From Eledone cirrhosa (Eukaryota), in NCBI GenBank assembly GCA_964016885.1, contig OZ024740.1, positions 333,064,001 through 333,128,000 on the forward strand: a stretch of DNA of 64,000 nt, written 5' to 3'. The notes under the pieces are model-generated. The model saw only the letters and a program-made list of their open reading frames with translations, was not told where the DNA came from and ran no database searches. The position numbers were made by a program, and so were the translations under genes. Shown here piece by piece: positions 1 to 12,001 of the stretch. Numbering within the stretch: position 1 is the stretch's first letter; each line of letters starts with the position of its first letter.

Positions 1-420
1 AAGTTAGCATTAGTAAGGTTCGTATCTATAGTGATTTTAAGGTTAAGATTAGCAAAAGTATTGATTAAATCTTTACGGAATTTATCAAGGTTATGGCCGT
101 TGGTGGTATGAGAAACTGCTAATCCGTCATCACGGTATAAACCGATATTATGGGACGGAAATTTCTCTTTGAGGGTGTGGAGAAGGAATAATCCTACTAA
201 GTCACACACATCCGCACTGTCATATGAACCCATTGCAACATCAAAAGAGTTTTCAGGGTTTGACTTTTTAACCCAAATATTATCATTAGTAAAGAGTAAA
301 GTTTTTCTAGCATGAAAGATAATGTCTTCTTCTAATTTAGAAATATTAATGAAGGGTCTTGCAAAATCTAAGGCATTAGTTAAAAAGGAAACAGTAATAG
401 ATGGGTAAAAATCCATATTA
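1..420 (-). mobile_element. Penelope-like element RT fragment (runs off window edge)
   Basis: Manual minus-strand translation from ~417 is open: MDFYPSITVSFLTNALDFA...FDVAMGSYDSADVCDLVGLFLL...IGLYRDDGLAV. DFYPSI, AMGS and YRDD are PLE RT motifs; the frame is not in the ORF track because it runs off the window. Confidence 0.9.
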
Positions 421-481
421 AGCTCTGTTACCTACATAGAGCACTCTTTTTTCCTGGACATTTACGACGGAATTACTTCAC

Positions 482-534
<53 letters not shown>

Positions 535-535
<1 letters not shown>

Positions 536-2733
536 ATATGTACCGTGATGATGGTCTTTTGACCATGACTAAGTGCGGCCTTCGTGCTTGCGACAGGTTC
601 AGAAAAGAACTCACAGCCTTCTTTAAAGGCTTCAACCTCTCTATACAGGTTGAGGCCAACCTCTCGTTCGTTAATTACCTCGACGTTACTCTCAATTTAT
701 CGAATGGCTTGTATTACCCGTCATAAAGCCGAATGATAGGCTTAATTACATAAGTAAGCATTACAACCATCCTGCCAGCATAACCAAAACCCTGGTAAGA
801 AACGTTTCTTTGAGGCTTTCCCGTCTATCTACTAACGAGCATATTTTCAACGACCATTCCACATATTACAATGAAGCTCTTGCTCGGAGTGGATTTTTCG
901 ATAAGGTAGCATATACAGAGTACGAGAATAGACCTAGAAGAAATAGATCCCGACGCATTATATGGTATAACCCACCATATAATATGGAGGTGGCCACACC
1001 ATTTGCTAAGATCTTTCTATCCCTTATTACGAAGCATTTCCCCCCTACACATAAATATAGTAACATTTTTAATAGAAATACTATTAAAATTTCTTACTTT
1101 ACGACTCCTAAACTTTCACATAACATGACAGCTTCAAATTTAGCTAAACTACGTAGCCGTAGGAACACGTGCAACCCTGTAGTTAGGACTAACTGTAATT
1201 GTAGGAATCGGGTTGATTGCCCCCTATCCGGGAAATGCCTCTCTAGTAACATTGTCTACAAATGTAAGTTTGAAACACCCACGTCTTGTAGGGCCTACAT
1301 AGTGTTAACCGCCAATAAATTCAAGCAGAGTCTTTACATGCATACCCATTCTGTTCGTTACCCTCTAAGAAGGAATATCACCTCACTTTCAGCTTATATC
1401 TGGAGTCTAAAAGACAACCACATCCAATATAAGTTACACTGGGAGATCCTAGCTAGGGCTAGATCATAAAACGGAAATAAAAGACCATGTGACCTATGTG
1501 CCGCTGACACCCTGGAAATACTCTACGCAACAGACCACATCTCAAACAAAACATCTGAGGCAATTTCGGTTTGTAAACATAAATTACACAAAACTTTCCT
1601 GTATTACAGCCCCACATTATAACCTAGCGGATAGTACGATCTATACGCGGATATTTTACGTCGCGATGTGGTAGCTAAGTATATGTTATGTTTATACCAT
1701 TACTTATTTGTATAGGTAAGTATATATTACCTGTATGTTTTGTGAAGGTACGTATACTTTCTCGTACGTATATTTGATTGTATATGTTATGGCGTATATT
1801 TTTGATATATTCTGGTACATATGCTTTTGGTTATGTGTATACGTGAGTTTTGCGTCTGTGGAGTATGCGGGTTCGTACGTATGTAGGGTGAGTGTATATG
1901 TGTACTTCGCATTTTGGTTGACGTACGTCTCCGAACATTTGTGTATTTACATGTAGGTATGTGTGTGCGCTTGTTATATACGTATTTATTTATTTATATA
2001 CGTTTATTTAATTATTCCTATACACGCACACACACAGACACACACATATCTATATATGCGTGTATTTGTATACCTATGGCGAGTGTTTTCGCGTATGCTT
2101 GTGTATGTACGTATTTGGATGCGTGTATGCATTTATTTAATTTCAATTACCTCTGTATTTTATTCATTTTATTTACTTTATTCTTAATTCTGAAGCGGAG
2201 ATTCATTCGGTTCCCTAGTTAGAATTTTAGTCTACGACTTCAGTTAGAACCATTTACGTGGTTTTGTCTTTGCGTGCAATTGTTCTCTACGCTACACATG
2301 TGACGTATTATCTTCGTTTTTTCCGTTCATTGCCAGAGAACGTCTCTATGAACCACCTTAGAGAATATTAGTCTACGACTTCTTTTATACCATAAACGTG
2401 GTTCTGTCTTTGCGTGTAATTGTTTTTCACCACTCCAAATAATGACGTATTATATTAGTTTATTCCCGTTCTTTGCCAGGGAACGTTCCACGAACCAAAG
2501 TATCGTCTTCCTGTCTTGCTCCGGTTGTAACGTTTTTTGAAATATTCACTTCTGCGTTTACAGATTGACTTTGTTAGTTTCAGAAGATTCCGTTCAGGGT
2601 GAAAGCAGCGATTCTTTGCTTAAACTTTAATCTGTTATTTTAATAAATATTTGGTCTACGGTTCTTATATATTTCATATATATTTATCCTTATCGAGCCC
2701 TCTTTCGATTTTAGTCTTCAAATTTATTATTAT

Positions 2734-2737
<4 letters not shown>
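535..2737 (+). mobile_element. 5'-truncated, decayed Penelope-like element (RT C-terminus + GIY-YIG + 3' UTR/pLTR)
   Basis: YRDDGL...NYLDVTLNL (ORF 502-726), then frameshift to ORF 810-1469 with IIWYNPPY, CNC..CPL.G.C linker, IVYKC...YI (GIY-YIG-like) and LSAYIWSLK. The UTR has a tandem duplication (2225-2350/2365-2495) and ends in an HHR-like motif. Bounded by (TA)n/(TG)n tracts. Confidence 0.9.
2560..2635 (+). ncRNA. Type I hammerhead-like motif with variant core CAGAAGA
   Basis: agttt-CAGAAGA-ttccgttcagggt-GAAA-gcagcgattctttgc-TT-aaact. Stem I agttt/aaact is extended by acagatt/aatctgt; stem III is gcag/ttgc; stem II is weak. Second copy at 41666-41741. Confidence 0.55.
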
Positions 2738-2777
<40 letters not shown>

Positions 2778-3087
2778 GTATCCACAGTAAGTTGTGTGGT
2801 ATATTCTGCATGAATGACTCGATGTAATCCATATGTTGAAAATGTTGTAGGTTAAGATAAATCTCGGAAAACAATAAAACATTAAAAGGAAAACAGAGTC
2901 AGGTTATAAGTTAAAACAATGAAATAAAAAATCAAGTCATTAGAGATATACTTCACTGCTTTACGATCGTTTCTAGATGATGATAATACATTATATCTAT
3001 ACTCCGTTATTGATCTATGTAAGGTTAGTTACAAAATATCAGATAAAGAGAATATTTACTTACATGCATATCACCAGCTATTTTCAT

Positions 3088-3122
<35 letters not shown>

Positions 3123-3157
3123 GAAAATCTGAAGGCAAGGTAAAGTTCCAATCATTT

Positions 3158-3236
3158 TAATCACGACACATGTTTCAATAAGAGATAGATTGATCGTAAA
3201 GCCATGATCAATTATCACTGATCTCATCAGGTGAAA
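3158..3236 (-). ncRNA. Type I hammerhead ribozyme, intact core
   Basis: Minus strand: tcac-CTGATGA-(long stem II with attgatc/gatcaat)-GAAA-catgtg-TC-gtga. Stem I is tcac/gtga and the cleavage triplet is GUC. Confidence 0.8.
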
Positions 3237-4199
3237 ATGAATTGTCTTCAAATTCTTGATATGAGGGAGAAAATTAGCAACGTTCACTCACAGAGTTTAT
3301 TCCCTCATATGAAGATCCAGTCGTCAGAAATACGGCGACTGCTATCAGATTCAGTTAGGGCCATAAAAAGGTCAAATCTCCATAGCTGCAAAGGACGCTG
3401 GACATTAATCAGATCTGTAGAAATACAGTCGGTCACAGTTAATGTGAGTGGGTACACACACACTCCACATCCATACACACTGGCTCGAGATCAAAGAAAA
3501 ATGTTGGGTTAACCACAGCCCCATACACATACACACACACAAGCAAGTAAGTTCAGTTCAGTGTTCTATTATACATGTATAGATTGAATTGTAACATCCG
3601 TATCTTCAAGTGTATGTTATGGTATATACACATCCGTATCGTCTGAAAAAGTGTATGTCAGGTATATACACATCCATGTGAAGAGCAAGCAATCAGCTCA
3701 TATCGAACTCAGTATGTACCGCTGTCCCATCGAGAGTCTGAGTCCCCAAAACCGTGCGTGGCAAGGAACCGCAACGTAGGCCAGCAAGGGGCTCTGTGTA
3801 GAGTTGGGTATTTGGGTTAATGTGTCAGTAAGTGCGATTTCCGGTCAAATGGGCCCTTGGGCTTTTAAGATAGGTGTTTGAGTGGTGGAGGTTTTTTATC
3901 CAACACAAAAGCTAAAGTGTATATATATATTTTTTTTTTCTTTGACCTCGAGCCAGTGTGTATGGGTGTAGAGTGTGTGTATACCCACTCACATTAACTG
4001 TGACCGACTGTATTTCTACAGATCTGATTAATGTCCAACGTCCTTTGCAGCTATGGAGATTTGACAGTTTTGTGACCCTAACTGAAGCTGATAGCAGTCG
4101 CCGTATTTCTGACTACTGGATCTTCATATGAGGGAATAAACTCTGTGAGTGAACATTGCTAATTTTCTCCCTCATATCAACAATTTGAAGACAATTCAT

Positions 4200-4278
4200 T
4201 TTCACCTGATGGAATCAGTGATAATTGATCATGGCTTTACGATCGATCTATCTCTTATTGAAACATGTGTCGTGATTA
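4200..4278 (+). ncRNA. Hammerhead copy with mutated core (CTGATGG)
   Basis: tcac-CTGATGG...GAAA-catgtg-TC-gtga; inverted copy of 3158-3236 with an A9G change. Confidence 0.7.
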
Positions 4279-4473
4279 AAATGATTGGAATTTTACCTTG
4301 CCTTCAGATTTTCATTTTGATACTTATACTCCATTTTACATCATTTAGCTGTTCCCTTGAATGGACTTGGAGATATACAAAAGCGTGGAGAACTTAATAT
4401 TGCTAACATAAATTTATTGGACCGTTTTACACAACCAATAATACACCTTACTATATAACAACTATATATATAT

Positions 4474-5308
4474 ATAAAGAATTTATATCTAGTAACATTT
4501 ATATACATACAGATGCATATCAATGCTAGCAAATATATAGGTTTTGTCTTAGTAACATTGTGGTTCAATGCATGGGGTTTCAGAACAATAATATGAGAGA
4601 CATAAGATGAGAAAATTATAAAATTATAAAAAAAATTATAAAATTGACTTACTTACTAAAATATCACTTCCAACTAATTAGTTTCTGGAATGGAGTAAAT
4701 ATATTTTCCGAAGAACATACAGAAAAGCATTCCGTCGTCAGGAAAGTCTCTTTTCATGTAAGTTTCCAGGCATAGCGAGGACTCTGGAAACTTATTAAAA
4801 AAATAATTCAGTGGAGAGGAAATAGCGAAGCGTGGACTGAAATCCTAGCCATTGAGAAAATCAATGTCTCTACATCCGTGGCAAATTCAAAAAGAATCAA
4901 TCACGTGACATCGAGGTCAATCAGTGGAAAGCGAGTTGTCAAAAAGACAGCGGCCTGCCTACTACTATAGCAGCAGTCATGGCCAATATTGCTCGACAAA
5001 TGAATTGGAGATAATTATAAAGAATTTATATCTAGTAACATTTATATACATACAGATGCATATCAATGCTAGCAAATATATAGGTTTTGTCTTAGTAACA
5101 TTGTGGTTCAATGCATGGGGTTGCAGAACAATAATATGAGAGACGTAAGATAAGAAAATTATAAAATTATAAAAAAATTATAAAATTGACTTACTTACTT
5201 ACTTACTCCATTCCAGAAACTAATTAGTTGGAAGTGATATTTTAGTAAGTAAGTCAATTTTATAATTTTTTTATAATTTTATAATTTTCTTATCTTACGT
5301 CTCTCATA
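4474..5308. repeat. Direct + inverted repeat module of pLTR type
   Basis: 4474-4655 is repeated at 5017-5200; 5200-5308 is an inverted copy of ~4592-4697. The minus strand at 4695-4750 has CTGACGA...GAAA-atatat-TT (HHR core, stem I partner missing). Ends in (TA)n. Confidence 0.7.
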
Positions 5309-5313
5309 TATAT

Positions 5314-5408
<95 letters not shown>

Positions 5409-5422
5409 TATAAATGTAGTGC

Positions 5423-5924
5423 TCAAGCCAAGAGATGATGTGAAAATACCTTATAAGATAGCGTGAACACTACCTGATCAGAAAGACATACCTCTTTAAG
5501 AAAATTCACTGTACAAATAAGAAATGTGTTATATGAAAAATGAATCCCCAGATAAATTGTAAAACTAGAAATGTAGTCTATAACATAATCTGTACATAGG
5601 GTACTTGCAGAAACATTACAACGACACACATAGGCGAGGCAGCTCGAAACATAGAGGAAAGAATAGACCAACACATGGGGGGTAACAGGACAAAAAATAA
5701 AATGGTTCAGTACTATATGAACACGCCAAAGACATGACGGTAATATAGACAACATAGAAAGTAAAATAATATCCAAGCATAGAAATTACTCTACAGGTAG
5801 GCAAATCCGAAAAGCAACTGAGATAGTACCAAGAAGACCGAAGTTGAACAGAAAGAACGAATGGAATAACAACAATAACCATACCATACAAACAATACTA
5901 ACTTAAGGAAATATAAATAAATAC

Positions 5925-5978
<54 letters not shown>

Positions 5979-6420
5979 GTACAATAACAACAAACATATA
6001 AACACACACTAGTGAACAACGATAAAATATACAAACAAAAACACATACACTCAAACGCGAACACACACACCAAACATTATACACACACGTAAACGCATGC
6101 GCATGGACAGAGACAAGAAAAATAATCAAATAAATTAATTAATTAAATAAACATAGTGTTGGCATTACAATACAACGGAAGGAAATATAATAGTACCACC
6201 GATGATGTGGCAAATGTGCGACTAAAGAACTTTGATAGACTATATATATATATTAACATTTGTATTTTTAACCGCTGGTCAATCAATCATAAACATTAAT
6301 TGCCAAATAAATTAACTATGTAGTTATAAAAGATACAGAAACGAAAACAATCAAACAGTAACTGTGTTCTGTTATTAGTTCTGGTAATATAATAACAATA
6401 TGACCCCCCCCCCCTTAAGT
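5423..6420 (+). mobile_element. Decayed Penelope-like 3' fragment (GIY-YIG + UTR), same family as 35170-38960
   Basis: Plus-strand translation KKIHCTNKKC...CKTRNVVYNIICT*GTCRNITTTHIGEAARNIEERIDQH (VVY...IGE GIY-YIG). Reverse-complement similarity to 35170-35720; 6325-6415 matches 38865-38960. Confidence 0.8.
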
Positions 6421-6511
6421 TTAACAATATTTGTTTCGACACATGATTTTATATCAAAAACCTTGCAAAACAAATATGTTTTTATATATCTATACATATA
6501 TATATATATAT

Positions 6512-6647
6512 AACGAACGAAATGTGGTAAGGAACCAGGTGGACCATAACGCACCAAAGTACTCAATACTTAGGGTAAGAGTGGGTAATTCTGTCCATAA
6601 ATAGCCGTGGAAACGGCTTGAGCTCAGCCGTCGGGGTCCTACTCGTT

Positions 6648-6650
<3 letters not shown>
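6512..6650 (-). repeat. Short interspersed repeat in (TA)n, homologous to 30517-30705
   Basis: Shares MSTLVRYGP-encoding sequence and gaaacggcttgagctcagccgtcgggg with the 30.5 kb copy; TA tracts on both sides. Confidence 0.7.
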
Positions 6651-6706
<56 letters not shown>

Positions 6707-6814
6707 ACTAGAAATTGATTAACATATAAATAAACATGAATAATCACATGTCTTTCTGGCACGACACCCATAATTTTGATTTAGATTAAATTCATTTGAT
6801 TTATCTTAATTTTG

Positions 6815-6861
<47 letters not shown>

Positions 6862-6862
<1 letters not shown>

Positions 6863-8030
6863 ATTAAAGATTGATTGATTGATAAGTTTAGGCCAGTATT
6901 GGCCCAGGCCATGTCGAACTTAATACCACCACCTGGCGAAGTCTTACAAATAAGTGTTTGGGCACCATGGCCCACTCGAGCAGAGAGTTATTGTTTACGG
7001 AGGCATATCGTGGTGTAGGAGGCTTATCTGGGATTTCTTGAAGGAATTTATCCAAAGACCTCTTGAACTTGATGGGGTCTGTCTCTGCTTTGATGTGTTT
7101 TGGTGTAATGTTAAAGAGTGCAGGGCCAATAGATGTGAAATAATTGTGCCGTATTGTTGTTATGTAATGCGAGTGGCATTTTGTCGTGGGCGGATAGCAC
7201 GAGGCCCAAGCCTTGGGTGTACACTAAAGGTGATGCCAACATTAATTGGGCTAAGCTGATAGAATATTTTCCACATCATACATATAATGTAGCGCTCAAA
7301 GCGACGTTGAAGAGAATAAAGTTTGAGCTTTTCTAATCGACCCCAATAGTCAAGGCCTGCCATGCCAACTATTTTTTTGTAATTGACCTTTGGGGTCCTT
7401 CAACTTTCATGATACTTTGTTTGGTGTGGGGTGACCACAGTGGACAACAGTATTCAAGGTGGGGTCGGGCAAAAGTGGAGAAGAGAAGGACAACAGTGTG
7501 GATATCTCTCGACTGGAAAGTTCTGAGAATCCAGGAACACATTCTGCGGGCCATATCAACTTTGCTGTTTATATGAGTGGCCCAATTTATATTGTTGTCC
7601 ACAATTACTCCCAGGTCTCTGATGTTATTGGAAGCCACTAGAGTTTCACCCGAAGGAAGAGAGTATGGTAGTTTTAGGGCGTCCTTTTTTCCAAAGTGGA
7701 TTAGTTCAAATTTATCCTCATTCAACAGCATATTATTCATCTCTGCCCATTGGATAACAGAGAGTAGGTCTGACTGAAGGCAAGTCCGATCACCCAACTC
7801 ATAGATGACCCTTTGGAGCTTGGAATCATCTGCGAAGATTCTGATGTTGCTGTGTTTGATGATGTCAATAATGTGATTAATGTAGATGGTGAAAAGAAGT
7901 TGGCAGGGCTTGATTTTACTCCTTCGACTACAACATGGTGGGTTCTGTCTGTCAGGAAACATTTGATCCACTGTAGTAACCTTCCAGAGACACCAACTTT
8001 GGATAGTTTTTGCAGTAGAATCTTATATAT
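6862..8030 (-). mobile_element. CR1/L2-group non-LTR retrotransposon RT 3' fragment
   Basis: ORF 7369-7971 LLFTIYIN...IFADDSKL...DLGVIVD...ARPHLEYCCPLWSPH, then ORF 7160-7363 RLEKLKLYSLQRRFERY; typical CR1-group thumb region; frameshifted. Confidence 0.85.
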
Positions 8031-8052
8031 ACTAGAATCTTATAGATATTAC

Positions 8053-8467
8053 AAATAGAATAGCTTTCACCGTATTTTTGACTAAAGGAATTTTAGCCTG
8101 ATAATGGGGTTTAGAACCCTCAGATAAATGGAAAAGATGAGTATTGACGTACATGTACCTCAATACTCATCTTTCTCCCATGTACGTCAATACTCATCTT
8201 TTCCATTTATCTGAGGGTTATAAACCCCATTATGAGGCTAAAATTCCTTTAGTCAAAATATATATATATATAAAGTAAATATGTTTTGAAACAGTGAGCG
8301 GGCTTGAAATTAGAAATAGAATAGCTTTCACAGTATTTTTAACTAAAGGAATTTTAGCCTCATAATGGGGTTTAGAACCCTCAGATAAATGGAAAAGATG
8401 AGTATTGACGTACATGGGAGAAAGATGAGTATTGAGGTACATTTCTCTGAGGGTTCTAAACCCCATA
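8053..8467. repeat. Foldback cluster of a ~100-170 bp unit (+,-,+,- orientations)
   Basis: 8053-8155(+), 8152-8260(-), 8273-8443(+) and 8447-8467(-) share ttagaaccctcagataaatggaaaagatgagtattgacgtacatg or part of it. Confidence 0.85.
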
Positions 8468-9012
8468 TAAATATATATATATAAATATATATATTCAGGT
8501 TTGAGGTTCACCACTGTATAGAGCTGGTCTATTCCGTATGGTCAATCGTAATGCAATAATATAGAGAGTACTCAACGTAAAGCAGTTCAACCGTCTTTGT
8601 TTTTGTAGTTGGTGGTGCTATTACGGAGTTAAATATTATAATGCCACTCCTGGCTTGACTGTGGTCTGACTGTGGTCTGACTGTGGTCTGACATTAATAT
8701 CGACCTTTCTTCCTCTTCCTTTCTATCTTCCTTCTTGTAGCCATCAACCCTTACTTTTCTACTTCTCTCTTCCCTTCCTTCTCTCCTCTCCTCCTCCCGC
8801 AGACTTATCTTCCTTCCCCCTCTTGCTTGCCTATATCTGACCAGTAGTAGTTACCTTCCTCTTTTAGCTGACATTAACCCTGACTTCTCTTCTTCTTTCT
8901 TCCCCCTTCTTCTCCTTCCTTTCTTTCTTTCTTTTACCTTGTGTCATGGGATCGACGTTAACCTATGCTCCCATCTCTTTCTGTTTTCGTTCATCTGACC
9001 GGTAGTAGCATA

Positions 9013-9020
9013 CTATAAAA
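9013..9020 (+). promoter_or_regulatory. TATA-box-like TATAAAA in pLTR (also ~11811; TATAAG at 17614)
   Basis: ctataaaa lies ~20 nt upstream of the GC-rich structured region, at the same position in both repeats. Confidence 0.35.
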
Positions 9021-9126
9021 TTTAGCCACGTCACTCCAGGGCGACCGGCTGAGGTTGAAGGAACAGAATAGCGGTCGCCCTCGGGTCTCGATTTTCAGCC
9101 CCATGGATTTTACCTATTACATTCAC

Positions 9127-9204
9127 GTATTATATTTCGAATACCTGATGATATCACCGGATTCATACGGAACCCGGTCATTGAAATGATCATAGTATAA
9201 TAAA
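9127..9204 (+). ncRNA. Type I minimal hammerhead ribozyme (copy 1), intact core
   Basis: atac-CTGATGA(9145-9151)-stem II accggattc/gaacccggt-GAAA(9183-9186)-palindromic tgatca-TA-gtat, followed by AATAAA at 9199. Confidence 0.85.
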
Positions 9205-11923
9205 CCTTTCAAGGATTTACACAAATCCAGCCTCCTGTCATTTCATTATAATATTTAACTCCGTAATAGCACCACCAACTACAAAAACAAAGACGGTTGA
9301 ACTGCTTTACGTTGAGTACTCTCTATATTATTGCATTACGATTGACCATACGGAATAGACCAGCTCTATACAGTGGTGAACCTCAAACCTGAATAAATAA
9401 CGCTCCTGAAATGTTGAGCACTTCAAAATGTAATAATCAACAGCGGCATGGGACTGAATATATCTAACCACAATTCGAACTTTGGCTACCCGGTGCTTTC
9501 GCCTGGCCCTTTGCTACTCCCCTCACAGAATATCCGAACTTCGACGAAACTCCACGGACTGGACCATAACATGTATTGTACTGCACTGAATTAACTAAAT
9601 GGCTACCCTATACTTCTGGGCATGTATAACTCACACTGAACTCCCAGACTCGAACACGCACTGTTTCCACATCTATATGCATTATCTGACTGCAACTTGA
9701 ACTATATTGTATTTCTCCTGTGTCTTGAACTCTCCATTTAATAGACAACGACTCTTGTTTGTTTATTTATATCTTTACATCTTTATTTGCTGTATTAATG
9801 CTCCTCCACGTATTCTACCTCTATACATCCATGTACTTTCTACTTCCCTTATTCGGACTTTTACTCGCGTGTACCCTCAGCACACGTCACTGGAATATTC
9901 CCCCTGGGAACATAAATACCGCAACCTGAACTATATTGTATTTCTCCTGTCTCTTGAACTCTACATTTACTAGACAACGACTATTGTTTGTTTATCTATA
10001 TCTTCACATCTTTGTTTGCTGTATTAATGTCCTGATTTCTCCATCTTACTCCAACACCACTCTTGTTGGTTTATTTACATGTTTATACCTATATATTGAT
10101 ATGTTTATATATTTATACCTCTGCTGTACCAATATGCTCTTCCACGTATTCCACTTATATGTATCCATGTATTTCTACCCCTCACATTGGGACCTGTACC
10201 CATTAGCTCTTCCACGTATTCCACTTCTATGTATCCATGTATTTCTACTCCTCACATTGGGACCTGTACCCATTAGCACACGACACTAGAATGTCTCCTC
10301 CTGAGAACAAAAATTAAACATTACACGACTATATCCCGTACTCTACATCCCACTAGGATAAATTACAGATCTACATAATACAATTAACGTTTCTTCATAA
10401 AAGACTATTTAATTAAACCCCGCAACCCAAAACCTCATAGAAGTTATTTGAATGTCTAATCTTCAATTTTCTGTTTGTTCAATTCTCAATCCTCTTACTC
10501 CTTAGTTTTATAATATTATTCTGAATTCTTTCAACTTCATCCGATAGAGTTAAGCAAAATTCTAAAGTTCCAACTTTCTGTCGGACCGTTGGTGGGTTTT
10601 AGCGGCGGCGCGACCAGCTCCCTGGCGAACGGGCTCACCTGGAGTGCTTGGAAAAATAAATTCCCCTTCTTTCGGTAAATGAAAATACTCGGCGTGGCTT
10701 AATTAGCCATGGGGCCCGGGGCGCGGCCGGTGTTTTAACCGCAAAATAGTACCTTTAAATTACAGAACAAATCGGAGCTATTATATATATCAACCTGAAA
10801 CTGTTGAGCTTTAAATTTTCTAACCTCTTTAATATGGAATATTGATTATTAATTTAATAATTTTTTAACTTCATCCTATAAGTCTAAACATTGTAACACA
10901 CTGACCCCCAATATATTCACCTCTGCTAAGATGCGAGTCCCTGTGAAAATTTTGTCGCGCCACTCCTGGCCCGACTGTGGTGTGACATTAATATCGACCT
11001 TCCTTCCTCTCTCTTTCTATCTTCCTTCTTGTAGCTATCAACCATTACTCTTTTACTTCTCTAAGCTAAATTTTAAAGTTCCAACTTTCTGTCGGACTGT
11101 TGGGTGGGTTTTAATGGCGGCGCGACCAGCTCCCTGGCGAACGAGCTCACCTGGAGTGCTTGGAAAAATAAATTTCCCCTTCTTTCAGTAAATGAAAATA
11201 CTCGGCGTGGCTTAATTCGCCATGGGGCCCGGGGCGCGGCCGTTGTTTTAACCGCCAAATAGTACCTTTAAATTACAGAACAAATCGGAACTATTATATA
11301 ATTAATTGTTAAACTGTTGAACTTTAAATTTTCTAACCTCTTTAATATTGAATATTGATTATTAATTTTTTTAACTTCATCCTAGAAGTCTAAACACTGT
11401 AAAACACTGACTCCCAATATATTCATCTCCGCTAAGATGCGGGTCCCTGTGAAAATTTTCTCGCGCCACTCCTGGCTTGACTGTGGTCTGACATTAATAT
11501 TGACCTTTCTTCCTCTTCCTTTCTATCTTCCTTCTTGTAGCCATCAACCCTTACTTTTCTACTTCTCTCTTCCCTTCCTTCTCTCCTCTCCTCCCGCAGA
11601 CTTATCTTCCTTCCCCCTCTTGCTTGCCTATATCTGACCAGTAGTAGTTACCTTCCTCTTTTAGCTGACATTAACCCTGACTTCTCTTCTTCTTTCTTCC
11701 CCCTTCTTCTCCTTCCTTTCTTTCTTTCTTTTACCTTGTGTCATGGGATCGACGTTACCCTATGCTCCCATCTCTTTCTGTTTTCGTTCATCTGACCGGT
11801 AGTAGCATACTATAAAATTTAGCCACGTCACTCCAGGGCGACCGGCTGAGGTTGAAGGAACAGAATAGCGGTCGCCCTCGGGTCTCGATTTTCAGCCCCA
11901 TGGATTTTACCTATTACATTCAC

Positions 11924-12001
11924 GTATTATATTTCGAATACCTGATGATATCACCGGATTCATACGGAACCCGGTCATTGAAATGATCATAGTATAATAA
12001 A
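11924..12001 (+). ncRNA. Type I minimal hammerhead ribozyme (copy 2), intact core
   Basis: Identical to 9127-9204; CTGATGA at 11942-11948 and GAAA at 11980-11983. Confidence 0.85.

Larger units (their letters stand above)
3120..4316. repeat. Inverted pair of ~375 bp PLE-type pLTR segments (3120-3495 / 3940-4316)
   Basis: The arms are reverse complements; ORFs 3084-3287(-) and 4149-4397(+) translate almost identically. Each arm carries a hammerhead motif. Confidence 0.85.

Noticed and set aside
2955-3050. Minus-strand GAAA-cgatcg-TA with upstream CTGATAT
   Set aside because: The palindromic stem III is suggestive, but the 5' core and stem I are too degenerate to call a hammerhead.
8095-8140. 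CTGATAA...GAAA within the foldback cluster
   Set aside because: No consistent stem I/III pairing on either strand.
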